Source of the DNA: Harriotta raleighana
Lineage: Eukaryota
Assembly: GCA_050575255.1 (NCBI GenBank)
Contig: JBNZDD010013683.1
Coordinates: 1,276,191 to 1,340,190 of the forward strand
Direction of reading: 5' to 3'
Length of the DNA stretch: 64,000 bases
Part shown: positions 1-12,651 of the stretch, one piece after another
Numbering within the stretch: position 1 is the stretch's first letter
Layout: each line of letters begins with the position of its first letter
Notes under the pieces: generated by a model
Seen by the model: only the letters and a program-made list of their open reading frames with translations
Databases searched by the model: none
Told to the model about the DNA's origin: nothing
Position numbers and translations under genes: made by a program

Positions 1-40
1 CATGAAAAGCACTACATCAAATGCAAGGATTATTATTATA
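1..40 (+). mobile_element. SINE 3' tail fragment (tRNA-headed SINE family, SINE2-1_CM-like)
   Basis: catgaaaagcactacatcaaatgcaaggattattatt matches the tail repeated throughout the window. Confidence 0.8.
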
Positions 41-1482
41 ACTATCTTCTTGTGAAAATTCAACAATGTAAAAGATGGTCACAAATTATTATTTTAAAAC
101 TAATTCTAAAAATAATTAGATTTTCTTGTGGAGGGTAAAGTTTCTCCTTAGAATGCACCTTTTGAATATATTTTGACCTCTAAACATGACAAATTGCAAG
201 CGTAGACTTTAGAAAGTCTGCCCTCTACGAATCAATTTGAAATGAACGAAGCAACACTGTAATATTCAGTTTAAATCATTGACCCATGTGGAAAGGATGA
301 TTTTTTCTTGAAACTTTGAACCTAATACGTTCTTGTTGCTCATCTTAATAGCCCTGATGTGATATGTTTGACCATTTATTGTCCTGAGTACTGGTATCTG
401 GCTCAGTCTCTTCCCATTTACAATGATCTGTACATCAGTTAGTTTTAACAGTTAGAGTGTCACCAGTTAGTAGTCTCTGTGTTTTGCTAGCATCAAGTAT
501 CAATGTAGAAAGGTCATTCTCCAAGATGAAAACCTTTACCAGTCAGAAAGGGAGAGCTTTTTTGTCCAAGGACGAACTGCAAATATACAGTATGATTTAT
601 TACAACAAAATTCAATTCATGAAAAATAAAGGACACAGTGACATTCTGCACAGGATTCCGTCCATGTGATTATGTCGAGATAAACACAGCTTTGTTTTTG
701 ACCAATTTTTACCATGTAAAATTTACATTAACATTATGTCAGAATCTGGTTGTTTCAAGCAAGTTTATTCCATTTTTGACGCTTCATTGAAATAACCAAA
801 TGCGTGGTTTGAAACTGCCAGCCAGGCTGGGACTGAAGTACGTCAGGCATGAACCTCTATGGAACTAGCTTCACCCATTGCAGACATATCTGGGGTGAGC
901 CAGTTTGCCTGGGTCCCACTGCACAAATTAATTTAACATGCCCTGTTTTCCAAAGCAGAGCTTACACATACTCTGTCCTACATTTCAAGCTCTGTTATTT
1001 TCAGCTGTTTTATACAGATTAAATGAGCTGGACTATTTCCTTGCAAACAACCAAACTTTGTGCAGTGTTGGATTGAAAGACACAGGGGCTTTCTATGACA
1101 AATATCTCTGCATCCTCCAATCCTTCCATTCACTTCCTACTGATGAGCTCTTCAGCAGCCACCTAAGGGGGAAATACGTGCTGTCAAAGGAGTCATGAAA
1201 TTGATATACAGTACATAATCACATGTTTCAAAAAAGCATAATTAGACACTCATTACTACCGTCATGTAATAACATTTCATGTTGCAACTGAATCACAGAA
1301 TGACGATGGCAATTTGTATTTTACTGGCACAAAAGCAACTTTCATTTATTAAATGCTATACTCCAAGGATTATTATTATTATATTGCGCTTACATATTTT
1401 GTTGAGAGATTCATATTTGTGTTCAAATGTCAGACGTATATTAATACTATGCACGCAGGCAACACCACTTCTCCTTAATCTC

Positions 1483-1595
1483 ATTCTTTGTATTTGATAT
1501 AGCGCCTCATCACATCTTCAAGATGTGTCAAAGCGTTTCAAAAAATATACTGCAAAGTGAATTGGCTGTATATTTGGTGGGTGAAAAGCATCAGC
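1483..1595 (-). mobile_element. SINE 3' fragment
   Basis: Reverse complement of the family tail (tatttgatatagcgcc...aagcgtttca...gctgtatatttg). Confidence 0.75.
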
Positions 1596-2347
1596 AAATC
1601 ATTCAATAAAGGTGCAATTCACGTGGAGTTAATGAGAAAAAATAATTGTACATTTTTCCCAGCTTTGCCTTAAAAACCTATCATAGACAATATCATTGCA
1701 TTGTAAAGGTTTGCATAAATTAATTAATTTTTATTGTTAATTAATGATTCATTAATTCTAAAATAATAGAGTTTTCAGGTGTGTATAGTTTTCTTTTCCT
1801 TTATGAATGTAACTGCAGCTGCATCCAGATGAAACAACACACTATGTTTTGTTAGCGTAATTAGAAAAACCGGTTTGCCACAAACTGTTTTACCATCTGC
1901 CATTCATTTTGTTAAATGCCTTCACAGCTGCATTAGAATCATTCTGTATCCACGGTTCCCAGCGATCTGTGAAATTGAAGTTTCAAACAGAAATATAAAA
2001 TTTCCATCAATTTTCTTAAGTCTGAATGTGAATAGTGCAGTGAGTGATTGAAGAAAGAAATCTTGTTTCTCGTTACCCTTGTAAGTACACTATCAGGAAA
2101 GATACAAAGTGCTTTTTTATAGAATCAAGCAAGCAATATCAGTGACAGCGCCGACCATATGCTATAGTTACTGAACAAAGTCAGACAATTAGCTCCATTT
2201 TATTCCAATACAGTGTTACAAATGTGATCAGTATCTAGTGAGGCCATCCTGGAATTGGCTGGCAAAACTAGAGAGCAAACTAAGCCGCATGATCACATAC
2301 CTGCATTAAAATGTTTATGAAGTGATCAAATGGTCATCAAATATCGT

Positions 2348-2571
2348 GGAGTTCTGTTGCTCAGTGGTTAGAGCACTCACCTCACATGCGAGAGACCTGG
2401 GTTCAATTCCCGGCAAGTTTGGACAAGTTTCTTTACTCCACACCTAATAATAATAATCCCTTACAAAAAACATAATTTGGTCATTTCAATCCACGATTGT
2501 TTGTGGGATACTATATGATGAGACGTCCAGAAAAAATGTAAAAAGTGGTATATCTAATGCAATGATTATTA
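2348..2571 (+). mobile_element. tRNA-derived SINE, short form, internally deleted
   Basis: Pol III A box (gctcagtggttaga) and B box (ggttcaattcc), body and ATT tail as in the other copies. Confidence 0.85.
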
Positions 2572-2585
2572 CTGTATAATTATAG

Positions 2586-2813
2586 AATAACCCTTGCATT
2601 TAATATAGTGTTTTTCTTGTCTTCCAGACGCCTCAAAGTGCTTCACTGAATATACTGTAAGGTGACTGTATATTTGGGAGTGAAACACAGCACAACCCAC
2701 AAGCAGACATTGATTGAAGTGACTAATTTATTATTGTTTTGTTTTTCTTGAGGGATTATTAAGGATACTTGCGCAAGGTTTTGCCTTTCCAAGAATCAAA
2801 CCCAGAGGACTCC
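2586..2813 (-). mobile_element. tRNA-derived SINE, short form, diverged
   Basis: Starts aataacccttgcatttaatatag (reverse tail) and ends ggactcc (reverse of the SINE 5' end ggagtcc). Confidence 0.8.
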
Positions 2814-3184
2814 ACAAATGTGATATGAAATGTAGTTTTTTTCAATGACGTGGATCCAGCTCAGACACTTTCAGAAACGTGGAGGGTATTAGGTATTGAG
2901 AAGTATAGAGGATGTTGAGTGTTAGAATAAAATTGAGCTCTTCCATGCATGTTAATTCTTCTCATCAAGGCAATCTCCAGTGGTGTTTTCTGAAATTAAT
3001 TGAAACTGCTCTGCTCTTGACTTTTCTCAGACAAGAAGGATTGTTTTTTTCAACCTGAAAGAGGCAGATTACAATTGCTGTGGCTTTGGACTTCGGTCAT
3101 TATAATGATAGGAGCAGACTTAGATAACTTCAAAGACTTGGGATCATGAGGTTTTTTAAAAACATTAACTTAATAAAATCAACC

Positions 3185-3516
3185 ATTTACTGTAAAGTAC
3201 AGGATTTTATGATAGTTGATTTGCACAGAGCAATCTCCCACAAACAGCCATAATGTGAATGTTATTTGGGGGTCAGTGGCATTGGTAAGAAATTTCCTTC
3301 TCTTTCCCAATAGTGTCATGTCTTTCCCAATTTAATGTCCATCTGAACAGGCAAACGGAACTTCGGTTTAATGTTTCATTCAAAGGAAGGCACCTCTCAC
3401 AACACTGAACAGCCGAGCACTATATTGGAGTGTCAGTCTCAACTTTCTGATAGGGGGGCTGGAACCCACAGCTTCTGACTCAGAGTCGTATGTTACCAAC
3501 TGAGTCAGGCTGAAAC
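3185..3516 (-). mobile_element. Deu-domain SINE (SacSINE1/AmnSINE1-related), old
   Basis: tttaatgtccatctgaacaggcaaacggaacttcggtttaatgtttcattcaaaggaaggcacctctcacaacactg is the reverse of the Deu core; reverse tRNA-like head gaacccacagcttctgactcagag. Confidence 0.75.
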
Positions 3517-5446
3517 ATACAGTTCTGTTCAGTGTCTCCAGCTCTAAGCACCGGGTTATTTATCTGTGGACCGAATCAGAGCAAACTCTCTTTTAAGCCA
3601 GGCAGGCTTCTATATGCTTGGAATATCACATCAACAAACAAGTGATTCACGAAAACACAGTAATGTGGCAACACTACTAAATATTGGAGGATTTGAGCAG
3701 GATTGGAAAAATTAAGATGTTTTGGGTAAAAAAAATGACAGGCACAGGGCATGTAGGTTTCTAGTCAAGAGCGATTAAGAGAGTTGGCTGCTATGTCCCA
3801 GCTCAAAATACCTAGCCGAGAAATTGGCACAAGTAATTAGCTTGACTCTTTTTGGTATCGTGTCTTGTGAGCACATTAACGGAATGAACTGGAGGCTTTT
3901 CCTGTTCGGGTGGAAATGTACATTCTTATCCTGGACTGTGAAGTCTGAGAGATTGCAGGAAGGAACAACGGCACATAAAATCTCTCATATTTTTTGTGAC
4001 TGCCCGTGAGGATGCTGGGTAACCCACACTGATGTTTCCTACAGTTGCGGCAGTGAAATGATAAATTGTTTTAGCTATTGATGGTTGACTGATACTCATG
4101 GTTGCTCAGGACAGGGAGTGAAAATTGCCAATACCTTTTAAGGTAGGGCTCAATATTAGATTTTTGAGCCCTTCGGGCAAGTCATCATCACATTCTGTAA
4201 GCTCAAATGCATGTGTTAACAGCTTGAATAAATGACGAGGATATTCACTGATAATCATTTCTGCCTGCCTGCTCTACGCCTCTGATCCTCTTCCTCACTA
4301 GATCTCTGGCTTTCATTGCAATCCTCAATCCACGATTCTGATGTTGCGGAGTAAAACAGGCCTCTCTCTTGATCTTGCTGTGATGGCAAAAAAAATAGGA
4401 TGGAATTAACAAAATCTATCAGAAAGCAGAGCTGTGCCAAACTCTATTCTCTTAACCGGACTGTTTTTGCTTCAAATCTGTCACTACAAAAAACAGCATT
4501 TCTGTGAATAGAATTCTAATTCTTTGCAGAATATGATGCAAAGCAGCAGCAGGAAAAGCTCCACATACAGATTGTATGGCCTACATCAAGGTATAGTATA
4601 AAATGTCCTGAAGCATTGAAGAATGAAGTAAAGTTTGATATCTGTTGCCAAAATAACATTAGAAAAGTTAGTGATGAAAAGCTGAGAGACGACAACCTAT
4701 AGAAGACAAGCAGAAAGATATTCACCAAGTTGAACATGTTTCAGATCAGAGGTTATGCAGAATACTTGCCTCAGTTTAAAAAGATTGCTAAACAGTTCCA
4801 AAGCAACAGAACTGATTCCCATCTTAAGGCATCTTGACCACTGCCACTATTTTAATCAGATGAAAATGTCTAAAGAAATGGAAAATAGTATTAAGAAGCG
4901 ATTGGCAGGAACCTTTCAATTGGCTTTGGAGCACATTAACACATCACAATAACGTTAGGTTGTTGCCTTTGGATTAAACAGAATAGAACTGCGATGAGGA
5001 AATTTAGCCCTATGTGTGTTCATTCTGTTTGAATGCGGAGCACGGTCCTTGAAAAATCAGGTATCAATGTTGTGCTCAAGTGGTTAGGACATGAGCAGAA
5101 ATTCCATTCATGAATCTGAATGAAATGACAATAGTTCAGGCAATATTGCCGTTCACAAAATGAGGATTCTGATAGCCATGGAAGAAATAACAGAAGGAGA
5201 ATTCTTGTATTTATTTCCCACTTTTTATAGCTTTCGCTGAAATGATTGCCGACCTCAAATTGCAACCGTTCACAGTTGACCATCCATCAGTACTCAAAAT
5301 CAAGGAAGAGATTGTCTGCTAACTACCCAGTCATTGATGATAGTCAAGAGGAATGATTGCTCTTGAGCTCCACACAGTTTATAAGAAGCAACGTTTCGGA
5401 GATGCATTCACGAAAATGCACGTAGATAATTTTTACAATTTTTACA

Positions 5447-5767
5447 TAATCCTTACATTTGGTATAGTGTCTTACCATTTCAAAGTGTTTCAAAGGATTT
5501 ACTGTAAAGTGTAGTGACTGTGTTATAGGCCAGGACACCTGGAGAAACTTCATTTCAATGGTGCAATGAGATCTTTAAAATCCCCATGAACAATCAGACT
5601 GGACCTCAATTTTAATCACAATAATAACATCTCATCTGAAGGACAGTAGCACTAACAAAGCAGTACTCTTCCATCATATTGTGTTGGAGTATTGACTAAC
5701 AACTTAAAGTTTTGACATATGGCTTGAACCCACAACCATTTCAAAGGCGATAGTGCTACTAAGTGAG
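5447..5767 (-). mobile_element. Deu-domain SINE, old
   Basis: ggccaggacacctggagaaact, gagatctttaaaatcc, acatctcatctgaaggacag and cttgaacccacaacc, all in reverse Deu-SINE order. Confidence 0.7.
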
Positions 5768-5880
5768 ATTTTCATATAAAACAAAGGAAATTAAATGATT
5801 TCAGTAGGTAAGATTATTTTTTTCAGAGTATCAGATCTGTGGAATGGATTCTCAACAAAATAGAAATACAGTAATAGCAG

Positions 5881-6025
5881 TAATAAAATACCATGCATTT
5901 GATATAGCGCATTTAACTCATCTTTGAGACAACTCAAAATGCTCCTTGGAATATACTGAAAAGGCAAAAGGTGGCAGCCAATTGCGCACAGCAATGTTCT
6001 ACAATCATTTGTGGATTGAGTGATT
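5881..6025 (-). mobile_element. SINE 3' half
   Basis: tgcatttgatatagcgc...ggcagccaattgcgcacagcaatg. Confidence 0.8.
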
Positions 6026-6989
6026 TAAAATCAATGAATAAATATTTAGTTAAGAAAGGGCATGAATTATTTAAATAGAGATGAGCAAATATTCTATAGA
6101 ACATAATGGCTCCCATAGTATAAGGAGCTTGGAAATGCTGTATTGTGCCCTGAGAAACAGCAACATACATTTGTAGAACACCTTTCACATAAAATAAATG
6201 TCTTGCGGCCCTTCGCAGAATGAGATTCATTAGAAATTAAATTAATTCTGTTATAGAGGCAAATAAGGCAACTTATGGGAAACAACTGTTCAAAGATGAA
6301 CAACGTAGGCTGTGCCATCAGACAGATATCTTGAGTTTCCCTTGATTACCTTTGGACAACAGGGAGACAAGCTTTGCAGAAGCTTTCTTCACAAGGTTAA
6401 TTCATTTGACTAGCGTTTGGAAAATAGAAACATGGTGCTATATCACATGCACGGATTATAATAATTAATATTAATTACAAGTGTCACAAAGAAGCCGGAT
6501 TGCTGAGTGAAGCAGCGTTTCCTTACTTTCTGAATGCTTATATCTTTATTTCGACTGTGGGTTTTTTCCTCTAAATGAGCACCAGCTCACCGCTCAGTCA
6601 CAGTTCCCTGGAGACTCTGAGAGTAGCTTCTCAGGACTGCACTCTTCAATGTTTCAACAATCAAAGGAGATTGCAAAGCTGTCGGCATCTTTGTGCTTAT
6701 TATTGAATGACTAGATCCATATCGGTGACTTTAGCAACTGAGAGGATTATTGTAGTATCTTAGGAAATGATTTTCCCTCCATCAGTATTAGTCCTAATTT
6801 CCTACTATCCCTTTCCTTGTTTGTCAGGAGACCCAAAAATTCAACATCCTGAATTCAGATGCCTTGAGTTAGTTGTTCACTTGTACATTCTGCCCCCAGA
6901 GTTTGTATTCCTTCCCCTGGTGATGTGACTTATCGTGTTGCTCCAGATCTGAATGCTCACTCCTGGTTATTTCTCACAGAACCGAATAC

Positions 6990-7150
6990 TATGCAGGTAA
7001 AGATACCACAACTGTCAAAAAACAATATGCAGGTTGAATCCAGTCACAATATTCATACTCTATTAAAAGAGTAAATCTATCTTTTACTTTCTCTATCTCA
7101 TTAAGCATCTTGCACATCTCAATAAAGTCCCACTCACTAAGGAAGAGGAG
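6990..7150 (-). mobile_element. CR1 LINE ORF2 C-terminal fragment (decayed)
   Basis: Minus-strand translation WDFIEMCKMLNEIEKV resembles the CR1 ORF2 motif (R)GDLIEVYKxLxGxDKV. Confidence 0.55.
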
Positions 7151-7344
7151 AGGTTCCTTTGTCAGAAATCCATATATACAGAACCAACCAAATCTAAGAC
7201 TGACATCTAACAGGCGCTCCAGCCAGTTGGCTTGCATCACAACAAGTCTACAAAGCAATCTGCAGGGCATCACCCATCCATCACCACCAAGAGAGAGAGC
7301 CTGGAATCCAAATCAATGCTCCAACTCCAAGTGAATGCTCCAAG

Positions 7345-7397
7345 TCTCCATCCCACTGTAAAGGCGCTACACAACTGTAATTTTGTTGTTGTTGTTG
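7345..7397 (+). mobile_element. L2 LINE 3' tail (type A)
   Basis: aaggcgctacacaactgtaattttgttgttgttg. Confidence 0.65.
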
Positions 7398-7841
7398 CTT
7401 GATTTTTTAAGTCAGGAAAACTTGTTCAGTTTACATGTACGCACTGTGGCAATTTGAAAGTTTAATGGTATAAAACTAAACAAATGCAATGTAGACATCT
7501 ACATATATAATAGTGAATCACCAAAGCACGAACTATGTACTCTCTGTTCCTGTTGTACAGATTTCTGGCCTGACCAGAGTTATTGGCCTGGCCACAACAG
7601 AGCACAAATCAGTCAGGGAAGATTGCCAAGTTCTCCTGTTTTTAATGCTCAGCACACTGAGCACAGCTCACTGAACACTCCCAAATATCACCAAAAGACA
7701 GCAGAGTGGTTTGGAAGAGTAATTAATTTTGTAAGGTATATGCCTTACTTAAAATGCTTTGGACTTTCATTTGGATTGATCAAATGGCCTTTGGCATAAC
7801 CATTTGTAAATGAGTTATTATCTGAATCATAACATTATTTT

Positions 7842-8151
7842 GGAGCCTTGTAGCTCAGTGGTGAGAGCACTTACCTTGCAAGCGAGAAACCTGGGTTGCA
7901 TTCCAGGCCGGGCGAAACCTTGGGCAAGGTTCCTTACTCTGCACACCTAATAATAATCCCTCAGAAAAAAACAATAATAAATTGATCAATTCAATCCATG
8001 ATTGTTTGTGGGACATTGCTGTGCGCAATTGGCTGCTGCATTTTCCCACAAATATATACGGTCAATTCACTTCACAGTATATTCTGTGAAGTGCTTTGAG
8101 CTGTCTAGAAGATGTGAATAGCACTATATCAAATGCAAGAATTATTATTAT
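7842..8151 (+). mobile_element. Full-length tRNA-derived SINE, short form
   Basis: tRNA-Ala-like head ggagccttgtagctcagtggtgagagcacttaccTTGCaagcgagaaacctgggtt, CORE-like ccttgggcaag, Deu-type 3' body, (ATT)n tail. Confidence 0.92.
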
Positions 8152-10329
8152 CTGGAGTTGATAGAAACCTTGATCCAAGATTGACAGTATATTTAAAAGC
8201 TTGCATTTATCAGTTTTACCGTATCCATCAATACAGATTAATAATCTGAAACTCTTTGATCTCTTCAGCAACACAATGTTTGTTAAACATGATATTGTGG
8301 TGATGCTGTGTTGGAATTTCCTGGAGCTATTCCTGTTAGCGTGTGGAAATTCCATATTTTCCAGAGGAGGGATCCCGCAAGTCAATGGGAATTCTAACAG
8401 GAAGAAATCCTTGAAAAATACAGTCAGTTAGAACTTCAGCATGTCAATCATCCCCAAAAATTGCTTTGAGGACTTTTGGAAGATTAAAAATATATTTTAC
8501 AATTTCTTAATCTAGCCAGTCTCGCTTAACCATCTCTCTGGTGAGTTGGAGTGAATGATTCAATCGTTAAGTTATCACAACCATCATTATGCTATAGGCT
8601 GCCAAACAAACTGAGTCAAATGGGAGGTGAGAGGAATACTACAGCAGTCATCAAACATCAGGAGGGATGCTGCAAGCTACTCTATACATTGGAAGTTATG
8701 TATTTTTCTATTTGAAACACTGTCACATTAAAACATTTTAAGGCAATGACATATCGGTGGTTTGCGCATTGCGATCTGCAGTGAGAGTTATTATTTAGCA
8801 GTTTAACCCCATAATAGTCACTGAATTATCATAACCAGGTTGGCTACAGATACTTTAATTAGCCCTTTATTCAGATCCTGCTCCTGCCTAAGATTATCTC
8901 CTAACAGAAGTTCTACAAAATTAATGCCAAAATTAATGTCAGAATGAACAAGGCTCGACAACCTCCTCCACCCTGCGTGGTTCACAAGGGAATTTAAACT
9001 CAAATGATTGAACGTATCATATGATTCAAAGATGCAGAAAAGTATCATGTGGAACTTTGAAATCTTCAAATGTTGACTGAGGAAAATATTAAGACATTTA
9101 AAGGTCTAAGAGTTGGAGTCTTGAGGTTTAACAAGAGCTAGCATTGATTTGGGCATGGCCCACCTATTCCTAGATTAGCAAGAAAAATCTTAAGGATACA
9201 GTAAGCTTATCTTTACTTACATGACTTTCCTTGACTGCATTAATTGCATTGCTGGCACTTATGAAATATCTTACAAAAGGGAGGTTCCCTCTCTCTCTTG
9301 AGCAGAGTGTGTTTAATGCTGGCACCATTCGGGGGCTGAATCACGTTTATGGGCATTTTTAAAACAAAAAACAAACACTATCCGTTTTCACAAATGTATT
9401 CCACCAATCAACCAGCAAACTATTGCAGCACTGAAAGATTGCTGCCAGCCACCCTGCTGAGTTTGAGTCATTCGCTGTACTCAGCAACTACTCAAGTGGA
9501 CAGTTGTACTATAGCCCTGATTTCATATTGAGATGATGTGTACCTGCACTCGTAATGCTTTATTTTTAAAGAAAAAAAACATAATACAGTACAAGGCCAA
9601 ATGTACAACAAAAACTCTTAACTGCAGCACATGTGGGCCAGGCACTTAGGAATTGGCGTTTGCCAGAATTAGGTCGCTGGGACAGGAAGCCCAGGTGTTG
9701 CCAATAACTGCACTCACAGCCCATTGGCTGGTCGGTGATTTCACCGAGGGCCAGCCGGCTGATTGCTAAGTTGACGGAGAACCATTTGCCCAAATGTCCA
9801 GCTCTACACTTCCACTGTGATCTGAAGCAGCCGTCAAAGTCAATTCTACAAGCTGACTGTGCAGTCTGGACTCTTATCTTCCTCCCCGCCTTGATTACAA
9901 TCTTGGACGGTGAAAGGATTTTGTCAAGTTGAGCCTAGTTAGTCAAATAAGCCTGGCCCAGGATGCAGATTAATCAGAAGTCACCCAAATCGGCCTGGTG
10001 ACTCGTGAGTATCAAATCTGTTTGTTTTCTGACTTTTAAAAAATATTTCTTTCTGAGCTCATTGCATGTTGCTGTGTTCACTGACGTACCTGTGAGATTT
10101 TATGAAATTGAGGAACACTTCTAGGTGAAAATGAAGCTGTGGGGATGGACTTTAAGTGACATCAACTGCAAACCAAGTGGACCAACAGTGAGGCCAGCAC
10201 AATAAGGTCTCTTTGAGAGATAAATTACAGTTATGCACAGCTATTCAGACCTTAAACTGCACACATATCATTTGTGACAGCAAAATGTGGCAGAGATTCT
10301 GCACCATTAAAGGGTCAACATCGGATTGC

Positions 10330-10400
10330 TCTATTGAAAATCTGAAGGGAGTTACTCCCGGTGTCCTGGCCAACAATATCCCAATTAAAATTGGCCACAG
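10330..10400 (+). mobile_element. Deu-domain SINE fragment
   Basis: gggagttactcccggtgtcctggccaaca matches the 3' part of the Deu core. Confidence 0.65.
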
Positions 10401-11954
10401 TTCATGCTGGTGAAGTTCATCCCTTGTTAAAGTGAAGGTGAAAAATCCTTATTATCTTCAAATTATGCAACACAGGGTATACCACAAAATATTCACAGTT
10501 TTCTTTGTCTTATTGACACATACACCGAGATTAGAGAAGAGAGTCTAGATGGTGCTTTTAGTCTCACATTCAAGCAAACATTGCAGCAACCATTCAAGCA
10601 TGAAAATTGCTTTCAAGGAGAGAAATACAAGTAAACGCCACAGCATTTTGCTATAGCATTGCAGCAATGGCCCGATATCGAATTAACACCCTCAGGCTAT
10701 TATTGCATTCTTGTTATTCAGTTTATTGTTTTCAAAAAACTGTACTCATAAAGTAATACTCCAGCAATAAAATGTGTGATGTGTCCCAATGTACAGATTA
10801 TGTGATTTGGATTCAGCTCAGACATATTTTTAAATTGAATTGGTTTAAAATATATTTTGGGGTCTGATCATATTGAAATATGGCACCTCGTTTTCAGTTA
10901 TTCTCACAAAAACTCAGAAATAAAAGCTGTAAGTCATCTGTTAAAATATGAAGCCAGCAAAGTCATTGCTCAAAACCGCCTTGATGCATCATGGTATGGA
11001 AGGCAATTCAGTCCTTCTTTCTACATGAGAATTTACATGAATTTAAAACATCAATGTGAGCCAGTAAACATGCATGTATAATGAGGTGTACGCATTAAAG
11101 GAGATGAAGGAAACAGATTTGGATTAGGATTCTTGATCTACACAGAAAGTTTTCAGTCAATGTAAACCTGTTGTCAGGAAGTTCAGTTCTGCAATTAAAC
11201 TGTTAACTCCATCCATCTGTATGATTTTGATGACTAATTACATGGAGAGTGTGGATTATTGTTTCATTTGCACTGTATTCATTATCATTTCATTTTGCAC
11301 TTAACTGTTCATTCTCCCTTTTTTTAAAAAGTTTGACAATTCATTTTCTGCAAATGCATCTAAGCTAATTAATCCATTAGTTATAAAAATAAACTTTATG
11401 TTCTTCATCCTAATACAGTAACAGAATCTTAATTTCAGCCTTTGACGAAGGTGTGAGTGTTTTGATTCCGTGGTGGTTGTCCATATCTATCATTGCCAGT
11501 AAGATAACTATCAGTACATTAACCTGGGTTGATCTCATTCTAACCATCTGGGAAAATGTTAAATACAAGCACCTGTCATTTATTTCCCCTATTTCACCCT
11601 TCCAGGTTTGCTATCTATATACTGTATAAATGTGTCAGAAATATAATTAGAAGTATATTTTTTCCAGTTTCAGAGAACAATTCCCATTGCTTCAAAGGAA
11701 ACTGCATTCAACATCAACCAAAATACAGTACTGTACTCAAAGGCTAGAAAGTTCAATGGATCCAAATTGTAGCAATATTTCACACACTTGGACTAATTTG
11801 GGCTGAGTGACTATTCTACTTTTCAAATAAAACATTCTCATTTAGGCCATAGTACTGTACATACAAGTTAAAATCACCTCTGCCTTTGTAAGACTTTCTT
11901 GACAAAGTTAAGAAGCTTTTCATATTCAATTATTTATATTAATCTGTATTTCCC

Positions 11955-12190
11955 CTCTCCTTAACCCACTCTATCCACCTCGCCTCCTCCCTTGTCTCCC
12001 TCAAGGCCAGTATCGCGTCCCACCTTTTCGACCATACTTTCATCTGCCCTTCCACTTCTCTGCCTCCCCTCACCCCTACCCGAACCCTCCCTCATGCTTG
12101 TGTTTCGACCATTGACAGTTCAGTGCCTTGGGACGTCCTCCCGACGTGAAAGGTGCTCTACAAATGTAATTTTGTTGTTGTTTGTTGTTG
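11955..12190 (+). mobile_element. L2 LINE 3' end (ORF2 C-terminus, 3'UTR, type A tail)
   Basis: Translates SIHLASSLVSLKASIASHLFDHTF (L2 ORF2 end), followed by cagtgccttgggacgtcctcccgacgtgaaaggtgct and (TTG)n. Confidence 0.85.
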
Positions 12191-12424
12191 TACCAATATT
12201 CAAGCTGCCACAAATTGCTCTTTGTTCCTAGTAGGAGTAATGGACCCATTATTTCTGATAAACAGAATTTTATAAATAGCATTGCTTGCTTTTCAATTTA
12301 TTAAATATCTGAAAGCCATGTGATGTATGATTTGCATTGATAGCAGTGGAGAAGCCTTGGATGTGTCACCAGCATATGGGAATTAACCTCTAAATGGTCC
12401 TTGGATTTAATGTTATGCCCTATT

Positions 12425-12580
12425 TTAATAATAATAATAACCTTGCATTTGATATTGTGCCTTAAGACATCTTATCGACATCTTAAAGTGCTTCACAGAA
12501 GTGTATTTTGTGGTTGAAACATGGCAGCTAATTGTAGATAGAAATGTCTGACTAACAGTCGTGGATTGAGTGACCACACT
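12425..12580 (-). mobile_element. SINE 3' half
   Basis: aataataataaccttgcatttgat...aacagtcgtggattgagtgacc. Confidence 0.75.
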
Positions 12581-12651
12581 TGTATTACGCTTTTTAATTT
12601 CTTCCTTCTATCATTTGCATGCAAATAGTTCCTCAAAAGAGTATTACTGCC

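Noticed and set aside
1140-1185. Other CTGATGA hammerhead-core matches (also about 30965, 35271, 35348)
   Set aside because: No stem II followed by GAAA and no flanking stems
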